Origin: Escherichia coli
GTDB taxonomy: Bacteria > Pseudomonadota > Gammaproteobacteria > Enterobacterales > Enterobacteriaceae
Strand: one strand, 5' to 3'
Assembly (NCBI RefSeq): GCF_003334785.1
Contig: NZ_QOWV01000005.1
Length of the DNA: 64,000 nucleotides
Shown here: positions 17,285 through 30,637 of the stretch, in pieces
Layout: each line of letters opens with the position of its first letter
How positions within the stretch are numbered: position 1 is the stretch's first letter
The notes under the pieces: model-generated
Seen by the model: the letters and a program-made list of their open reading frames with translations, nothing else
Database searches by the model: none
Told to the model about the DNA's origin: nothing
Program-made: the position numbers and the translations under genes

Positions 17285-19420
17285 ATGAAATCAATGAATA
17301 TTGCCGCCAGTAGTGAACTGGTATCCCGACTTTCTTCTCATCGTCGCGTGGTGGCGTTGGGAGATACTGATTTTACGGACGTCGCGGCAGTCGTCATTAC
17401 CGCTGCGGATAGTCGCAGTGGCATTCTTGCGTTGCTTAAGCGCACCGGTTTTCATCTACCGGTGTTTTTGTATTCCGAACATGCTGTTGAATTACCTGCG
17501 GGCGTTACGGCGGTAATCAACGGCAACGAGCAGCAGTGGCTGGAGCTGGAATCCGCAGCCTGTCAGTATGAAGAGAATTTGCTGCCACCGTTTTATGACA
17601 CGCTGACGCAGTACGTTGAGATGGGCAACAGCACCTTTGCTTGCCCTGGACATCAACATGGTGCGTTTTTTAAAAAGCATCCTGCCGGACGCCATTTTTA
17701 CGATTTCTTTGGTGAGAACGTCTTTCGCGCCGATATGTGTAACGCTGACGTAAAATTGGGCGATCTGCTTATTCATGAAGGATCGGCGAAAGATGCGCAG
17801 AAATTCGCAGCCAAAGTCTTTCATGCCGATAAAACCTATTTTGTGCTGAACGGCACATCGGCAGCGAATAAAGTGGTGACGAATGCGCTGTTAACGCGTG
17901 GCGATCTGGTGCTCTTCGACCGTAACAACCATAAGTCGAATCATCACGGCGCGCTGATTCAGGCGGGGGCGACGCCGGTCTATCTGGAAGCTTCACGCAA
18001 CCCGTTTGGTTTCATTGGCGGTATTGATGCGCACTGTTTTAATGAAGAGTATCTGCGCCAGCAAATTCGCGACGTTGCGCCAGAAAAAGCCGACCTGCCG
18101 CGCCCGTATCGCCTGGCGATTATTCAGCTGGGAACCTATGACGGCACTGTCTATAACGCCCGTCAGGTGATCGATACCGTTGGGCATCTGTGTGATTACA
18201 TTCTGTTTGATTCCGCGTGGGTCGGTTATGAACAATTTATCCCGATGATGGCGGATAGCTCGCCGCTGCTGTTAGAACTTAACGAAAACGATCCGGGGAT
18301 CTTTGTGACTCAGTCGGTGCACAAACAGCAGGCGGGATTCTCACAGACGTCGCAGATCCATAAAAAAGATAACCATATCCGCGGACAGGCGCGTTTTTGC
18401 CCGCATAAGCGGTTGAATAACGCCTTTATGCTCCATGCTTCTACCAGCCCTTTCTATCCGCTGTTTGCTGCACTGGATGTTAACGCCAAAATTCATGAAG
18501 GGGAGAGTGGGCGTCGGCTGTGGGCTGAGTGTGTTGAGATAGGGATTGAAGCGCGCAAGGCTATTCTTGCGCGCTGTAAGCTGTTCCGCCCGTTTATCCC
18601 GCCCGTTGTTGATGGCAAATTGTGGCAGGATTATCCGACATCAGTGTTAGCCAGCGACCGCCGTTTTTTCAGTTTTGAGCCGGGGGCGAAGTGGCACGGC
18701 TTTGAAGGATATGCCGCGGATCAGTATTTTGTTGATCCGTGCAAGCTGTTACTCACTACACCAGGTATCGATGCCGAAACCGGCGAATATAGCGACTTTG
18801 GCGTTCCGGCGACGATTCTGGCGCACTATCTGCGTGAGAACGGCATTGTGCCGGAGAAGTGCGATCTCAACTCCATTCTGTTTTTATTAACTCCGGCGGA
18901 AAGCCACGAGAAGCTGGCACAACTGGTGGCGATGCTGGCGCAATTTGAACAGCATATTGAGGATGACTCGCCGCTGGTTGAGGTGTTGCCGAGCGTTTAT
19001 AACAAGTATCCGGTGCGCTATCGCGACTACACCCTGCGCCAGTTGTGTCAGGAGATGCACGATCTGTATGTCAGTTTCGACGTCAAAGACCTACAAAAAG
19101 CGATGTTCCGCCAGCAGAGTTTCCCGTCAGTGGTGATGAACCCCCAGGATGCGCATAGCGCTTATATTCGCGGTGACGTGGAGTTGGTGCGGATTCGTGA
19201 TGCCGAAGGGCGAATTGCGGCAGAAGGGGCGTTGCCTTATCCACCTGGCGTGCTTTGCGTGGTACCCGGGGAAGTCTGGGGTGGGGCGGTTCAACGTTAT
19301 TTCCTTGCACTGGAAGAAGGGGTGAATTTGTTGCCGGGATTTTCGCCGGAGCTGCAAGGTGTTTATAGCGAAACCGATGCGGATGGCGTGAAACGGTTGT
19401 ACGGTTATGTGTTGAAGTAA
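17285..19420 (+). CDS. speC: ornithine decarboxylase, constitutive
   Basis: Starts MKSMNIAASSELVSRLSSHRRVVALGDTDFTDVAAV...; start trimmed from ORF track (17225) to the MKSMN Met; ~711 aa. Confidence 0.95.
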   Translation: MKSMNIAASSELVSRLSSHRRVVALGDTDFTDVAAVVITAADSRSGILALLKRTGFHLPVFLYSEHAVELPAGVTAVINGNEQQWLELESAACQYEENLLPPFYDTLTQYVEMGNSTFACPGHQHGAFFKKHPAGRHFYDFFGENVFRADMCNADVKLGDLLIHEGSAKDAQKFAAKVFHADKTYFVLNGTSAANKVVTNALLTRGDLVLFDRNNHKSNHHGALIQAGATPVYLEASRNPFGFIGGIDAHCFNEEYLRQQIRDVAPEKADLPRPYRLAIIQLGTYDGTVYNARQVIDTVGHLCDYILFDSAWVGYEQFIPMMADSSPLLLELNENDPGIFVTQSVHKQQAGFSQTSQIHKKDNHIRGQARFCPHKRLNNAFMLHASTSPFYPLFAALDVNAKIHEGESGRRLWAECVEIGIEARKAILARCKLFRPFIPPVVDGKLWQDYPTSVLASDRRFFSFEPGAKWHGFEGYAADQYFVDPCKLLLTTPGIDAETGEYSDFGVPATILAHYLRENGIVPEKCDLNSILFLLTPAESHEKLAQLVAMLAQFEQHIEDDSPLVEVLPSVYNKYPVRYRDYTLRQLCQEMHDLYVSFDVKDLQKAMFRQQSFPSVVMNPQDAHSAYIRGDVELVRIRDAEGRIAAEGALPYPPGVLCVVPGEVWGGAVQRYFLALEEGVNLLPGFSPELQGVYSETDADGVKRLYGYVLK

Positions 19421-19423
19421 GAA

Positions 19424-19462
19424 TAAAAAAAACGGGTCACCTTCTGGCGACCCGTTTTTCTT
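19424..19462. terminator. bidirectional rho-independent terminator between convergent speC and nupG
   Basis: A-run, hairpin aacgggtcacc-ttct-ggcgacccgtt, T-run. Confidence 0.6.
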
Positions 19463-19469
19463 TGCGTAA

Positions 19470-20726
19470 TTAGTGGCTAACCGTCTGTGTGCCTGTCGGG
19501 ACACGAACGTGTTTATATTTGAACATCGCCATGAACGCGAAGGCCAGAACCACGGAGTAACCAGCGAAAATCAACCATACGGTCTGCCAGTCGGTAATGC
19601 CGTTTTGGGTGTACATCTCAACAACTTTACCGCTCACGATGCCGCCGAGGATACAGCCGAAGCCGTTAGTCATCATCAGGAACATCCCTTGTGCACTGGC
19701 GCGAATTGCCGGGCTAACTTCTTTTTCGACAAACACCGAACCAGAGATGTTGAAGAAGTCGAATGCGCAACCGTAAACGATCATCGACAGTACCAGCAGT
19801 ACAGTACCGAACGGAGTCGGGTCGCCGTAAGCAAACAGCGCAAAACGCAGGATCCACGCCACAATACTGATCATCATTACGTTCTTAATACCGTAGCGGC
19901 TTAAGAAGAACGGGATGGTCAGAATGAACAGGGTTTCAGAGATCTGCGAAATCGACATGATGATTGACGCATGCTGCACAATAAAGCTGCTGGCAAACAT
20001 CGGATCTTTGTCGAAGCTGTGCAGGAAGGTATTACCGAACATGTTGGTAATCTGCAGTTCCGCGCCCAGCAGCATTGAGAAGATAAAGAAGATTGCCATA
20101 CGCTTGTTTTTAAACAGCGCGAATGCATCGAGGCCCAGCAGGGTTGTCCAGCTCTGATTCGCTTGCTGTTTAGCAACCGGAATATGCGGCAGAGTCAGGG
20201 TAAACAGAACCAGAATGGCGGAAAGTGCTGCGCCAATATACAGCTGCATGTGGCTTAATTCGAAGCCAGACAGGCTCACCACCCACATTGCCATGATAAA
20301 GCCGATGGTGCCCCAGATACGGATTGGCGGGAAGTCAGTAACGATATCCATCCCGGCATTTTGCAGGCGATAGTAAGAGATGGTGTTGATTAACCCAAGC
20401 GTTGGCATATAAGCAAACGAGTTAATCAATATCACAAGGAACATCGCTTCCGGTGTCGTGACCTGTGCCGCCATGAACAGCGTGATAGCGCCAATGGTGT
20501 GGCAAATGGCATATACCCATTTCGCACTTAACCATTTGTCGGCCACAATCCCCAGCAGCGCAGGCATAAAGACCGCTGCGATACCCAGTGAGCTATAAAC
20601 TGCGCCAATAGAAGCACCGTCAAACTTCAGGGTAACAAACATATAGGAGCCGAGGGTCGTCAGCCAACTTCCCCACAGACAGAACTGCAGAAAAGAGAGG
20701 ATTTTCAGCTGCAGCTTAAGATTCAT
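19470..20726 (-). CDS. nupG: nucleoside:H+ symporter NupG
   Basis: MNLKLQLKILSFLQFCLWGSWLTTLGSYMF... MFS transporter; start trimmed to the MNLKL Met (418 aa). Confidence 0.95.
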   Translation of the reverse strand: MNLKLQLKILSFLQFCLWGSWLTTLGSYMFVTLKFDGASIGAVYSSLGIAAVFMPALLGIVADKWLSAKWVYAICHTIGAITLFMAAQVTTPEAMFLVILINSFAYMPTLGLINTISYYRLQNAGMDIVTDFPPIRIWGTIGFIMAMWVVSLSGFELSHMQLYIGAALSAILVLFTLTLPHIPVAKQQANQSWTTLLGLDAFALFKNKRMAIFFIFSMLLGAELQITNMFGNTFLHSFDKDPMFASSFIVQHASIIMSISQISETLFILTIPFFLSRYGIKNVMMISIVAWILRFALFAYGDPTPFGTVLLVLSMIVYGCAFDFFNISGSVFVEKEVSPAIRASAQGMFLMMTNGFGCILGGIVSGKVVEMYTQNGITDWQTVWLIFAGYSVVLAFAFMAMFKYKHVRVPTGTQTVSH

Positions 20727-20927
20727 GTTAATTTCCTCACATCGTGATGCGGATGAGTGTTTGAAAAAGCACATTTGACCGTGCGAGATGATGGGATTCT
20801 ATCAACTTCGCGGACTGGTTTTTTGTTACCTGTGGCAAATAATTGCAAACATTCCCAATTTGCAAAACGAAATTGTGATGTGGATAACATTTTTGCCCCT
20901 GAGCATCGTCAGGGGCGGTTAATGGAA

Positions 20928-22034
<1,107 letters not shown>

Positions 22035-22071
22035 TTATGCAAGTTGCCGGAGGCGTGCTCCGGCACTGTTT

Positions 22072-22350
<279 letters not shown>

Positions 22351-22374
22351 TCATCCTCTTTATCGACTCACGCG

Positions 22375-23427
22375 CTAAACCGGCGCGCCAGTGCGTAACT
22401 GCTGTAACAAACGCTCCACGGGAGCCGCCAGGCCAACTGACGGCGGTTGCGCTAAGTTATACCAGAGCGCATTGCCTTCATCCATGCAGCCGGTGAATGA
22501 CGACACGGGAAGCCACATAGGCACAATATCTAAGTGGAAATGGCTGAAGGTATGCCGAAACGCGGTCAGTTGCGTCAGGTTATCGGCAGCAATCTGCCGT
22601 TGCGCCAGCCACTGCCGCAAACTTTCTTCGTCGGCAAACTGCGGGAAACAGTATAAACCGCCCCACAATCCGCTCGGCGGACGCTGCGCCAGCAATACTT
22701 CATCTTCGTGCTGTAATAGCAAAAAGTAGCCGGTGCGCTCCGGCAGCGTCTGTTTCGGTTTTTTGCCCGGATAAAGCGCCCAGCTATTGTTGGCGGCGGC
22801 AATACATCCGTTTTGTAGCGGACAGAGCGAACATTTCGGTTTCGAGCGCGTACAAATCATCGCACCCAAATCCATCATCGCCTGATTAAACCGTTCCACG
22901 CCAACCGCGGGCGTCACCTGCTCGCTCAAACTCCATAATTTATTCTCGACCTCTTTTTTCCCAGGCCAGCCGCTTACAGCATAGCAGCGCGCCAGCACGC
23001 GTTTGACGTTACCGTCGAGAATCGGAAAGTGCTTACCCAGAGAAAGCGAGAGAATCGCGCCTGCGGTGGAACGCCCGACGCCCGGCAGTGCTGCAACTTC
23101 CTCAAAGGTTTCCGGGAATTTACCGCCGTGTAAGGTCGCCACTTGTTGTGCCGCTTTATGCAGATTGCGCGCGCGGGCGTAATAGCCAAGCCCGGTCCAC
23201 AAGTGGAGAACTTCGTCGAGCGGCGCATTGGCGAGATCGGTCACCGTCGGGAAGCGCGCCATAAAGCGTTCAAAATAGGGGATAACGGTCGCAACCTGAG
23301 TTTGTTGCAACATCACTTCTGAGAGCCATACTTTGTAGGGCGTCTTGTCAATTTGCCAGGGCAGAGTTTTTCGCCCGTATTTATCGTACCAGTCCAGAAC
23401 CTGGGCTGAAAATTGCGACGCTTGCAT
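22375..23427 (-). CDS. mutY: adenine DNA glycosylase MutY
   Basis: [25 protein letters not shown]...; 4Fe-4S Cys cluster; start trimmed to the MQASQ Met. Confidence 0.95.
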   Translation of the reverse strand: MQASQFSAQVLDWYDKYGRKTLPWQIDKTPYKVWLSEVMLQQTQVATVIPYFERFMARFPTVTDLANAPLDEVLHLWTGLGYYARARNLHKAAQQVATLHGGKFPETFEEVAALPGVGRSTAGAILSLSLGKHFPILDGNVKRVLARCYAVSGWPGKKEVENKLWSLSEQVTPAVGVERFNQAMMDLGAMICTRSKPKCSLCPLQNGCIAAANNSWALYPGKKPKQTLPERTGYFLLLQHEDEVLLAQRPPSGLWGGLYCFPQFADEESLRQWLAQRQIAADNLTQLTAFRHTFSHFHLDIVPMWLPVSSFTGCMDEGNALWYNLAQPPSVGLAAPVERLLQQLRTGAPV

Positions 23428-23587
23428 GGTCACCGAATTCACTGTTGTTGGGGGCAAGATTGCAGCACAGCGACGGCAGGGTGTAAACCGGAACTTTCCG
23501 CAGCCACGGCCTTATCATGCTTGCATCCGGCAACTAACTTTGGATAATGCCCGTTTTCAGAACACTTTCACAAGCGACTAAACCTTT

Positions 23588-24307
23588 ATGAAAAACGACG
23601 TCATTTCACCGGAATTTGATGAAAACGGCCGCCCACTGCGCCGTATCCGTAGTTTTGTGCGCCGCCAGGGGCGACTGACCAAAGGCCAGGAACATGCGCT
23701 GGAAAACTACTGGCCGGTGATGGGCGTTGAGTTCAGCGAAGATATGCTGGATTTCCCCGCGCTTTTTGGCCGTGAAGCGCCGGTGACGCTTGAGATTGGT
23801 TTTGGCATGGGGGCGTCGCTGGTGGCAATGGCTAAAGATCGCCCTGAGCAGGACTTCCTCGGCATTGAAGTGCATTCACCGGGCGTTGGTGCGTGCCTGG
23901 CTTCTGCGCATGAAGAAGGTTTAAGCAACCTGCGCGTGATGTGTCACGATGCGGTTGAAGTGCTGCATAAAATGATTCCTGACAATTCATTGCGCATGGT
24001 GCAGCTCTTTTTCCCTGACCCGTGGCACAAAGCGCGCCATAATAAACGCCGTATCGTTCAGGTGCCGTTTGCCGAACTGGTAAAAAGCAAACTGCAGCTG
24101 GGGGGCGTATTCCATATGGCGACCGACTGGGAACCTTATGCGGAACATATGCTTGAAGTGATGTCTTCTATTGACGGTTATAAAAACCTGTCAGAGAGCA
24201 ATGATTACGTACCGCGTCCGGCATCACGTCCGGTGACGAAATTTGAACAACGTGGTCATCGTCTTGGTCACGGAGTATGGGACTTAATGTTCGAGAGGGT
24301 GAAATAA
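23588..24307 (+). CDS. trmB: tRNA (guanine46-N7)-methyltransferase
   Basis: 239 aa; AdoMet-binding 'LEIGFGMG'. Confidence 0.9.
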   Translation: MKNDVISPEFDENGRPLRRIRSFVRRQGRLTKGQEHALENYWPVMGVEFSEDMLDFPALFGREAPVTLEIGFGMGASLVAMAKDRPEQDFLGIEVHSPGVGACLASAHEEGLSNLRVMCHDAVEVLHKMIPDNSLRMVQLFFPDPWHKARHNKRRIVQVPFAELVKSKLQLGGVFHMATDWEPYAEHMLEVMSSIDGYKNLSESNDYVPRPASRPVTKFEQRGHRLGHGVWDLMFERVK

Positions 24308-24633
24308 TGGCAAAGAACCGTAGCCGTCGTCTGCGTAAAAAAATGCACATCGACGAATTCCAGGAATTAGGATTTTCGGTGGCATGGCGATTCCCGGAAG
24401 GTACATCGGAAGAACAGATTGATAAAACCGTTGATGATTTTATTAACGAGGTTATCGAACCGAACAAACTGGCCTTTGACGGCAGCGGTTATCTGGCCTG
24501 GGAAGGTCTGATCTGCATGCAGGAAATCGGCAAATGCACCGAAGAACATCAGGCGATTGTGCGTAAGTGGCTGGAAGAGCGCAAACTGGATGAGGTACGC
24601 ACCAGCGAACTTTTCGACGTTTGGTGGGACTAA
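24307..24633 (+). CDS. yggL: DUF469 protein YggL
   Basis: [23 protein letters not shown]...; start overlaps trmB stop (TAATG). Confidence 0.8.
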   Translation: MAKNRSRRLRKKMHIDEFQELGFSVAWRFPEGTSEEQIDKTVDDFINEVIEPNKLAFDGSGYLAWEGLICMQEIGKCTEEHQAIVRKWLEERKLDEVRTSELFDVWWD

Positions 24634-24639
24634 GAAAGC

Positions 24640-24800
24640 ATACGGGCGATGACAAATGCAAAACTGCCTGATGCGCTACGCTTATCAGGCCTGGAAAGAT
24701 GCACGATCGAGTAGGCGGGATAAGGTGTTTACGCCGCATCCGGCATGGAAAACGCGTACTTTGTTATCAATCTGGGGCCAGCAAATGCTGGCCTGATTTT
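24640..24800. repeat. REP/BIME palindromic units plus terminator downstream of yggL
   Basis: gcctgatgcgctacgcttatcaggcc and ggataaggtgtttacgccgcatccggca motifs; hairpin ggccagcaaatgctggcc + T-run. Confidence 0.6.
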
Positions 24801-24816
24801 TTCTTGAGGGAAGACT

Positions 24817-25536
24817 ATGATGCGCAAAATGCTGCTGGCGGCAGCACTTTCAGTGACGGCAATGACCGCTCACGCCGACTACCAGTGCAGCGTCACGCCG
24901 CGTGACGATGTGATTGTCAGCCCGCAAACCGTGCAGGTGAAGGGCGAAAACGGCAATCTGGTGATCACGCCAGACGGCAACGTGATGTATAACGGTAAGC
25001 AATATTCCCTGAATGCCGCCCAGCGCGAGCAGGCGAAGGATTATCAGGCTGAACTACGCAGCACGCTGCCGTGGATTGATGAAGGCGCGAAAAGCCGCGT
25101 CGAGAAAGCCCGTATTGCTCTGGATAAAATTATCGTTCAGGAGATGGGCGAAAGCAGCAAAATGCGCAGCCGTCTGACCAAACTTGATGCGCAGCTGAAA
25201 GAGCAGATGAACCGCATTATTGAAACGCGCAGCGATGGCCTGACGTTTCACTATAAAGCCATTGATCAGGTTCGCGCCGAAGGCCAGCAATTAGTGAATC
25301 AGGCAATGGGTGGAATTTTACAGGACAGCATTAATGAAATGGGCGCGAAAGCGGTGCTGAAAAGCGGCGGTAACCCATTACAGAATGTGCTGGGAAGCCT
25401 GGGGGGGCTGCAATCCTCAATCCAAACCGAGTGGAAAAAGCAGGAAAAAGATTTCCAGCAGTTTGGCAAAGATGTTTGTAGCCGCGTTGTGACTCTGGAA
25501 GATAGCCGCAAAGCCCTGGTCGGGAATTTAAAATAA
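24817..25536 (+). CDS. yggN: DUF2884 periplasmic protein YggN
   Basis: 239 aa with signal peptide MMRKMLLAAALSVTAMTAHA. Confidence 0.8.
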   Translation: MMRKMLLAAALSVTAMTAHADYQCSVTPRDDVIVSPQTVQVKGENGNLVITPDGNVMYNGKQYSLNAAQREQAKDYQAELRSTLPWIDEGAKSRVEKARIALDKIIVQEMGESSKMRSRLTKLDAQLKEQMNRIIETRSDGLTFHYKAIDQVRAEGQQLVNQAMGGILQDSINEMGAKAVLKSGGNPLQNVLGSLGGLQSSIQTEWKKQEKDFQQFGKDVCSRVVTLEDSRKALVGNLK

Positions 25537-25711
25537 TCCTCTATTTTAAGACGGCATAATACTTTTTTATGCCGTTTAATTCTTCGTTTTGTTACCTGCC
25601 TCTAACTTTGTAGATCTCCAAAATATATTCACGTTGTAAATTGTTTAACGTCAAATTTCCCATACAGAGCTAAGGGATAATGCGTAGCGTTCACGTAACT
25701 GGAGGAATGAA

Positions 25712-26758
25712 ATGGAGTTTTTCAAAAAGACGGCACTTGCCGCACTGGTTATGGGTTTTAGTGGTGCAGCATTGGCATTACCCAATATCACCATTTTAGC
25801 AACCGGCGGGACCATTGCCGGTGGTGGTGACTCCGCAACCAAATCTAACTACACAGCGGGTAAAGTTGGCGTAGAAAATCTGGTTAATGCGGTGCCGCAA
25901 CTAAAAGACATTGCGAACGTTAAAGGCGAGCAGGTAGTGAATATCGGCTCCCAGGACATGAACGATAATGTCTGGCTGACACTGGCGAAAAAAATTAACA
26001 CCGACTGCGATAAGACCGACGGCTTCGTCATTACCCACGGTACCGACACGATGGAAGAAACTGCTTACTTCCTCGACCTGACGGTGAAATGCGACAAACC
26101 GGTGGTGATGGTCGGCGCAATGCGTCCGTCCACGTCTATGAGCGCAGACGGTCCATTCAACCTGTATAACGCGGTAGTGACCGCAGCTGATAAAGCCTCC
26201 GCCAACCGTGGCGTGCTGGTAGTGATGAATGACACCGTGCTTGATGGCCGTGACGTCACCAAAACCAACACCACCGACGTAGCGACCTTCAAGTCTGTTA
26301 ACTACGGTCCTCTGGGTTACATTCACAACGGTAAGATTGACTACCAGCGTACCCCGGCACGTAAGCATACCAGCGACACGCCATTCGATGTCTCTAAGCT
26401 GAATGAACTGCCGAAAGTCGGCATTGTTTATAACTACGCTAACGCATCCGATCTTCCGGCTAAAGCACTGGTAGATGCGGGCTATGATGGCATCGTTAGC
26501 GCTGGTGTGGGTAACGGCAACCTGTATAAATCTGTGTTCGACACGCTGGCGACCGCCGCGAAAACCGGTACTGCAGTCGTGCGTTCTTCCCGCGTACCGA
26601 CGGGCGCTACCACTCAGGATGCCGAAGTGGATGATGCGAAATACGGCTTCGTCGCCTCTGGCACGCTGAACCCGCAAAAAGCGCGCGTTCTGCTGCAACT
26701 GGCTCTGACGCAAACCAAAGATCCGCAGCAGATCCAGCAGATCTTCAATCAGTACTAA
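25712..26758 (+). CDS. ansB: periplasmic L-asparaginase II
   Basis: 348 aa; signal peptide then 'LPNITILATGGTIAGGG', 'ITHGTDTMEETAYFL'. Confidence 0.95.
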   Translation: MEFFKKTALAALVMGFSGAALALPNITILATGGTIAGGGDSATKSNYTAGKVGVENLVNAVPQLKDIANVKGEQVVNIGSQDMNDNVWLTLAKKINTDCDKTDGFVITHGTDTMEETAYFLDLTVKCDKPVVMVGAMRPSTSMSADGPFNLYNAVVTAADKASANRGVLVVMNDTVLDGRDVTKTNTTDVATFKSVNYGPLGYIHNGKIDYQRTPARKHTSDTPFDVSKLNELPKVGIVYNYANASDLPAKALVDAGYDGIVSAGVGNGNLYKSVFDTLATAAKTGTAVVRSSRVPTGATTQDAEVDDAKYGFVASGTLNPQKARVLLQLALTQTKDPQQIQQIFNQY

Positions 26759-26874
26759 TCGCCTCGCCCCGGTATCGTGCCGGGGCTTTTTCACTTCAGA
26801 CTCACGTCCATTGCCAATTTTAATTACCCTAATGATAATCACCGGAATAAATTATTCCGCGTGAGGTTTTTCGG

Positions 26875-27882
26875 GTGAAAAAGCAATGGATTGTTGGCAC
26901 GGCACTGCTTATGTTGATGACTGGTAATGCCTGGGCAGATGGCGAACCGCCAACTGAAAATATCTTAAAAGATCAATTCAAAAAGCAGTATCACGGCATT
27001 CTCAAGCTTGATGCTATCACCTTAAAAAATCTTGATGCTAAGGGTAATCAGGCCACCTGGTCAGCGGAAGGCGATGTCTCTTCCAGTGACGATCTCTATA
27101 CCTGGGTCGGTCAGTTGGCAGATTACGAACTGCTCGAACAGACCTGGACGAAAGATAAACCGGTAAAATTCTCGGCGATGTTAACCAGTAAAGGAACGCC
27201 CGCGTCTGGCTGGTCGGTGAACTTTTACTCTTTTCAGGCGGCAGCCAGCGATCGTGGGCGGGTGGTCGACGATATCAAAACGAATAATAAATATCTGATC
27301 GTGAATAGCGAAGATTTCAATTATCGCTTTAGTCAGCTTGAATCTGCGTTGAATACCCAGAAGAACTCGATTCCTGCGCTGGAAAAGGAAGTGAAAGCGC
27401 TTGATAAGCAAATGGTGGCGGCGCAGAAAGCAGCGGATGCATATTGGGGAAAAGATGCAAACGGTAAGCAAATGACCCGCGAAGACGCCTTTAAAAAAAT
27501 TCACCAACAGCGTGATGAGTTTAATAAACAGAACGATAGCGAGGCGTTCGCGGTTAAATATGACAAAGAGGTTTATCAACCGGCGATTGCGGCATGTCAT
27601 AAACAGAGTGAAGAGTGTTATGAAGTGCCGATTCAGCAGAAACGAGATTTCGATATCAACGAACAACGGCGACAGACTTTTCTGCAATCACAAAAACTTA
27701 GCCGTAAATTGCAGGATGACTGGGTAACGCTCGAAAAAGGGCAATATCCGTTAACGATGAAAGTTTCAGAAATAAACAGTAAAAAAGTCGCGATTTTGAT
27801 GAAAATTGACGATATCAACCAAGCTAATGAACGCTGGAAAAAAGATACCGAACAACTGCGGCGCAATGGGGTGATTAAGTAA
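26875..27882 (+). CDS. yggM: DUF1202 periplasmic protein YggM
   Basis: 335 aa, signal peptide MKKQWIVGTALLMLMTGNAWA. Confidence 0.8.
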   Translation: MKKQWIVGTALLMLMTGNAWADGEPPTENILKDQFKKQYHGILKLDAITLKNLDAKGNQATWSAEGDVSSSDDLYTWVGQLADYELLEQTWTKDKPVKFSAMLTSKGTPASGWSVNFYSFQAAASDRGRVVDDIKTNNKYLIVNSEDFNYRFSQLESALNTQKNSIPALEKEVKALDKQMVAAQKAADAYWGKDANGKQMTREDAFKKIHQQRDEFNKQNDSEAFAVKYDKEVYQPAIAACHKQSEECYEVPIQQKRDFDINEQRRQTFLQSQKLSRKLQDDWVTLEKGQYPLTMKVSEINSKKVAILMKIDDINQANERWKKDTEQLRRNGVIK

Positions 27883-27894
27883 GTTTGATATAGT

Positions 27895-28030
27895 GCACGA
27901 TTTGTAGCAGGATGCGGCGTTGACCCCGCATCCGGCAATCAACGTCTGATGCGACGCTTGCGCGTCTTATCAGACCTACAACCGCTGCCACATGTCGGCT
28001 GGATAAGGCGTTCACGCCGCATCCGGCAAT
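27895..28030. repeat. REP/BIME cluster
   Basis: Repeated gatgcggcgt..gccgcatccggcaa palindromic units. Confidence 0.6.
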
Positions 28031-28036
28031 ACAAGT

Positions 28037-29173
28037 TTACTCAGCCAGAAAAAGCTCCAGCAGCGAATTTAAAAACAGCTTCCCATGTTCCGTTATCTGC
28101 CAGTAATCCGCACATTCGGTGAGATAACCCTGGGCAATCGCCTCGTCTAACTGTGGGCGAATCACATCTTCGCAAAGCCCGGTATACGCAATAAACTCCA
28201 CGCGCGGCGCGGCCTCCAGCAGACGGAAGCGATTCATAAAGAACTCAAACGGCTTATCTGTGGCTTCGACATCACGCTGGCTTTCCAGATACCTTCCTTG
28301 CATAAAACCACGCGGATGACGCGTTTTGGTGGTACGCAGAATGCGCCCATCCGGGAAGGTCACTTTGCCGTGTGCGCCGCAGCCAATACCGATGTAGTCA
28401 CCAAAGCGCCAGTAGTTGAGATTGTGCTGGCACTGATAACCGGGTTTGGCGTAAGCGGAAGTTTCATATTGCTGATAACCCGCTGCGGTTAATAACTGAT
28501 GCCCCTGTTCGAATATATCCCACAACGCGTCATCGTCCGGCAGCACCGGTGGTCGCGAACCAAACAGCGTATTGGGTTCGATGGTCAGTTGATACCAGGA
28601 AAGATGCGGCGGATTCAGTTCAATGGCCTGGCGTAGATCGCCAAGCGCCTCTTCCAGTGATTGATCCGGCAGCCCATGCATCAAATCAAGGTTAAAGCTA
28701 CGTAACCCTAAACCGCTCGCCAGCTTCGCCGCGCGTTTCGCTTCTTGCGGGCCATGAATACGCCCAAGTCGTTTCAGCTTTTCTTCGCTAAAACTCTGCA
28801 CACCAATAGAGATGCGGTTCACACCAGCACGCTGATAATCGACAAAGCGATCGGCTTCTACCGTGCCAGGGTTCGCTTCCATAGTAATTTCTGCATCCGC
28901 TGCCAGCGGCAAACGCGCACGCACGCCGTCCAGCAGCGTTTGCATCGCCGGGCCGGAAAGCAGGCTCGGCGTACCACCGCCAATAAAGATTGTCTTTACT
29001 TCACGGCCCTGAGCGTAAGCCACATCGTTGTCCAGATCGTTAAGCAGATGCTGAACATAATCGTCGTGCGGCACTTCTCCTTTCAACGCGTGAGAGTTGA
29101 AATCGCAGTACGGGCATTTCTGCACGCACCACGGGATGTGAATGTAGAGACTCAGCGGAGGTAATTTAACCAT
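28037..29173 (-). CDS. hemW: radical SAM haem chaperone HemW (YggW)
   Basis: 378 aa; '[12 protein letters not shown]' radical-SAM CxxxCxxC motif. Confidence 0.9.
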   Translation of the reverse strand: MVKLPPLSLYIHIPWCVQKCPYCDFNSHALKGEVPHDDYVQHLLNDLDNDVAYAQGREVKTIFIGGGTPSLLSGPAMQTLLDGVRARLPLAADAEITMEANPGTVEADRFVDYQRAGVNRISIGVQSFSEEKLKRLGRIHGPQEAKRAAKLASGLGLRSFNLDLMHGLPDQSLEEALGDLRQAIELNPPHLSWYQLTIEPNTLFGSRPPVLPDDDALWDIFEQGHQLLTAAGYQQYETSAYAKPGYQCQHNLNYWRFGDYIGIGCGAHGKVTFPDGRILRTTKTRHPRGFMQGRYLESQRDVEATDKPFEFFMNRFRLLEAAPRVEFIAYTGLCEDVIRPQLDEAIAQGYLTECADYWQITEHGKLFLNSLLELFLAE

Positions 29174-29759
29174 TACGTAAAGCGTCCAGCAGCAGTTTCA
29201 ACGCCTGACCACGGTGGGAAATGGCGCTCTTTTCTTCGCGGGTCAGTTCGGCGGCGGTTTTCCCTTCGGAAGGTACGAAGAAGATTGGATCATAACCAAA
29301 GCCACCAGTGCCCGCTGGTTCACGAGTAATCACGCCCGGCCAGCTACCGTGGCATACCAGCGGAGTGGGATCTTCCGCGTGACGCAGATATACCAGCACG
29401 CAGTGGAAACGCGCCTGACGTTGGTCGTCCGGTACGTCTTTCATTGTTTCCAGCAGTTTTTGCAGATTCTTTTGATCGGTCGCGTCTTCACCGGAATAAC
29501 GCGCGGAGTAAATGCCCGGCGCGCCGCCAAGCACATCTACCGCCAGACCAGAGTCGTCGGCAATTGCCGGTAAAGCGGTCACTTTTGCCGCATGGCGCGC
29601 TTTCAGAATCGCGTTTTCGATAAAGGTCAGGCCGGTTTCTTCAGCGGAATCAACGCCGAGGTCTGTTTGGGCCACGATATCAAGACCGAAGTCGCTAAGC
29701 AGCGACGCCAGCTCACGCACTTTACCGACATTGCCGGTTGCGAGGACAACTTTTTGCAT
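29166..29759 (-). CDS. rdgB: dITP/XTP pyrophosphatase RdgB
   Basis: 197 aa; [21 protein letters not shown]... Confidence 0.9.
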   Translation of the reverse strand: MQKVVLATGNVGKVRELASLLSDFGLDIVAQTDLGVDSAEETGLTFIENAILKARHAAKVTALPAIADDSGLAVDVLGGAPGIYSARYSGEDATDQKNLQKLLETMKDVPDDQRQARFHCVLVYLRHAEDPTPLVCHGSWPGVITREPAGTGGFGYDPIFFVPSEGKTAAELTREEKSAISHRGQALKLLLDALRNG

Positions 29760-29766
29760 AGGATAC

Positions 29767-30069
29767 CTAATTAATTAACGCCGCGATTTCTGGCGGGATT
29801 TGTTGCGGATTAATGATTTTAATTTGTTTGTGGCGGCCAAGTTCGCCTTTTTCAATCACCACCTGGCTTTTGGCAACCCGGAATTGCTTACCGAGAAACT
29901 TCACCAGATGACTGTTGGCCTGGCCGTCAACCGGCGGCGCGGTAATGGCGACTTTAACTTCGTCGCCATGTAAACCGACAATAGAATCACGGCTGGCTTT
30001 CGGCTGAATATAGAGCCGTAAAACCAGACCGTCATCATTAACTGTTACGGCATTCATAACGCCATCCAC
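29767..30069 (-). CDS. yggU: DUF167 protein YggU
   Basis: ~100 aa; synteny. Confidence 0.8.
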   Translation of the reverse strand: MDGVMNAVTVNDDGLVLRLYIQPKASRDSIVGLHGDEVKVAITAPPVDGQANSHLVKFLGKQFRVAKSQVVIEKGELGRHKQIKIINPQQIPPEIAALIN

Positions 30070-30620
30070 AGCCCTGGCAGCAGCATATTTCCGGTTGCCT
30101 GTAATACTTCTGCGACACCCATATTGATGACATACAGCAGCAGAACGAGGATCATCGGCGAGAAATCAATCCCACCCATTGCCGGTAGCAGGCGGCGAAT
30201 CGGGCGCAGCAGCGGATCGGCCAGCTGAATCAGCACGTATTCAATCGGGCTACGCCCCTGGCTTACCCAGCTCATAATCGCCATCACCAGCAGGACCCAG
30301 AAAATCAGCAGGCCGATGGTTTTCAGCAGAATCAGTAAACCGGCAATCCAGATGATTGGCAGGAAGGTCACCACTTTAAACAGCACGATGGCTTTGATAA
30401 AACTGAGAATATAGGCAACCAGCAGCGAGGCGCTGTCAATTGGCCCCATTGCCGGAATAACGCGGCGCAGTGGCCCGATAATTGGCTGCGTTACCTTCAC
30501 TACAAACTGTGAGAAGGGGTTGTAAAAATCACAATGAGCCCACTGCATCCAGATGCGTAATAACAGCACCATGGTATACAGCTCAATGACCGTTGAAAGC
30601 AGGAAAGTCAACGTATTCAT
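30054..30620 (-). CDS. yggT: YggT family inner-membrane protein
   Basis: 188 aa, hydrophobic; synteny. Confidence 0.8.
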
Positions 30621-30637
30621 GGCGTTCCTTTAATTCC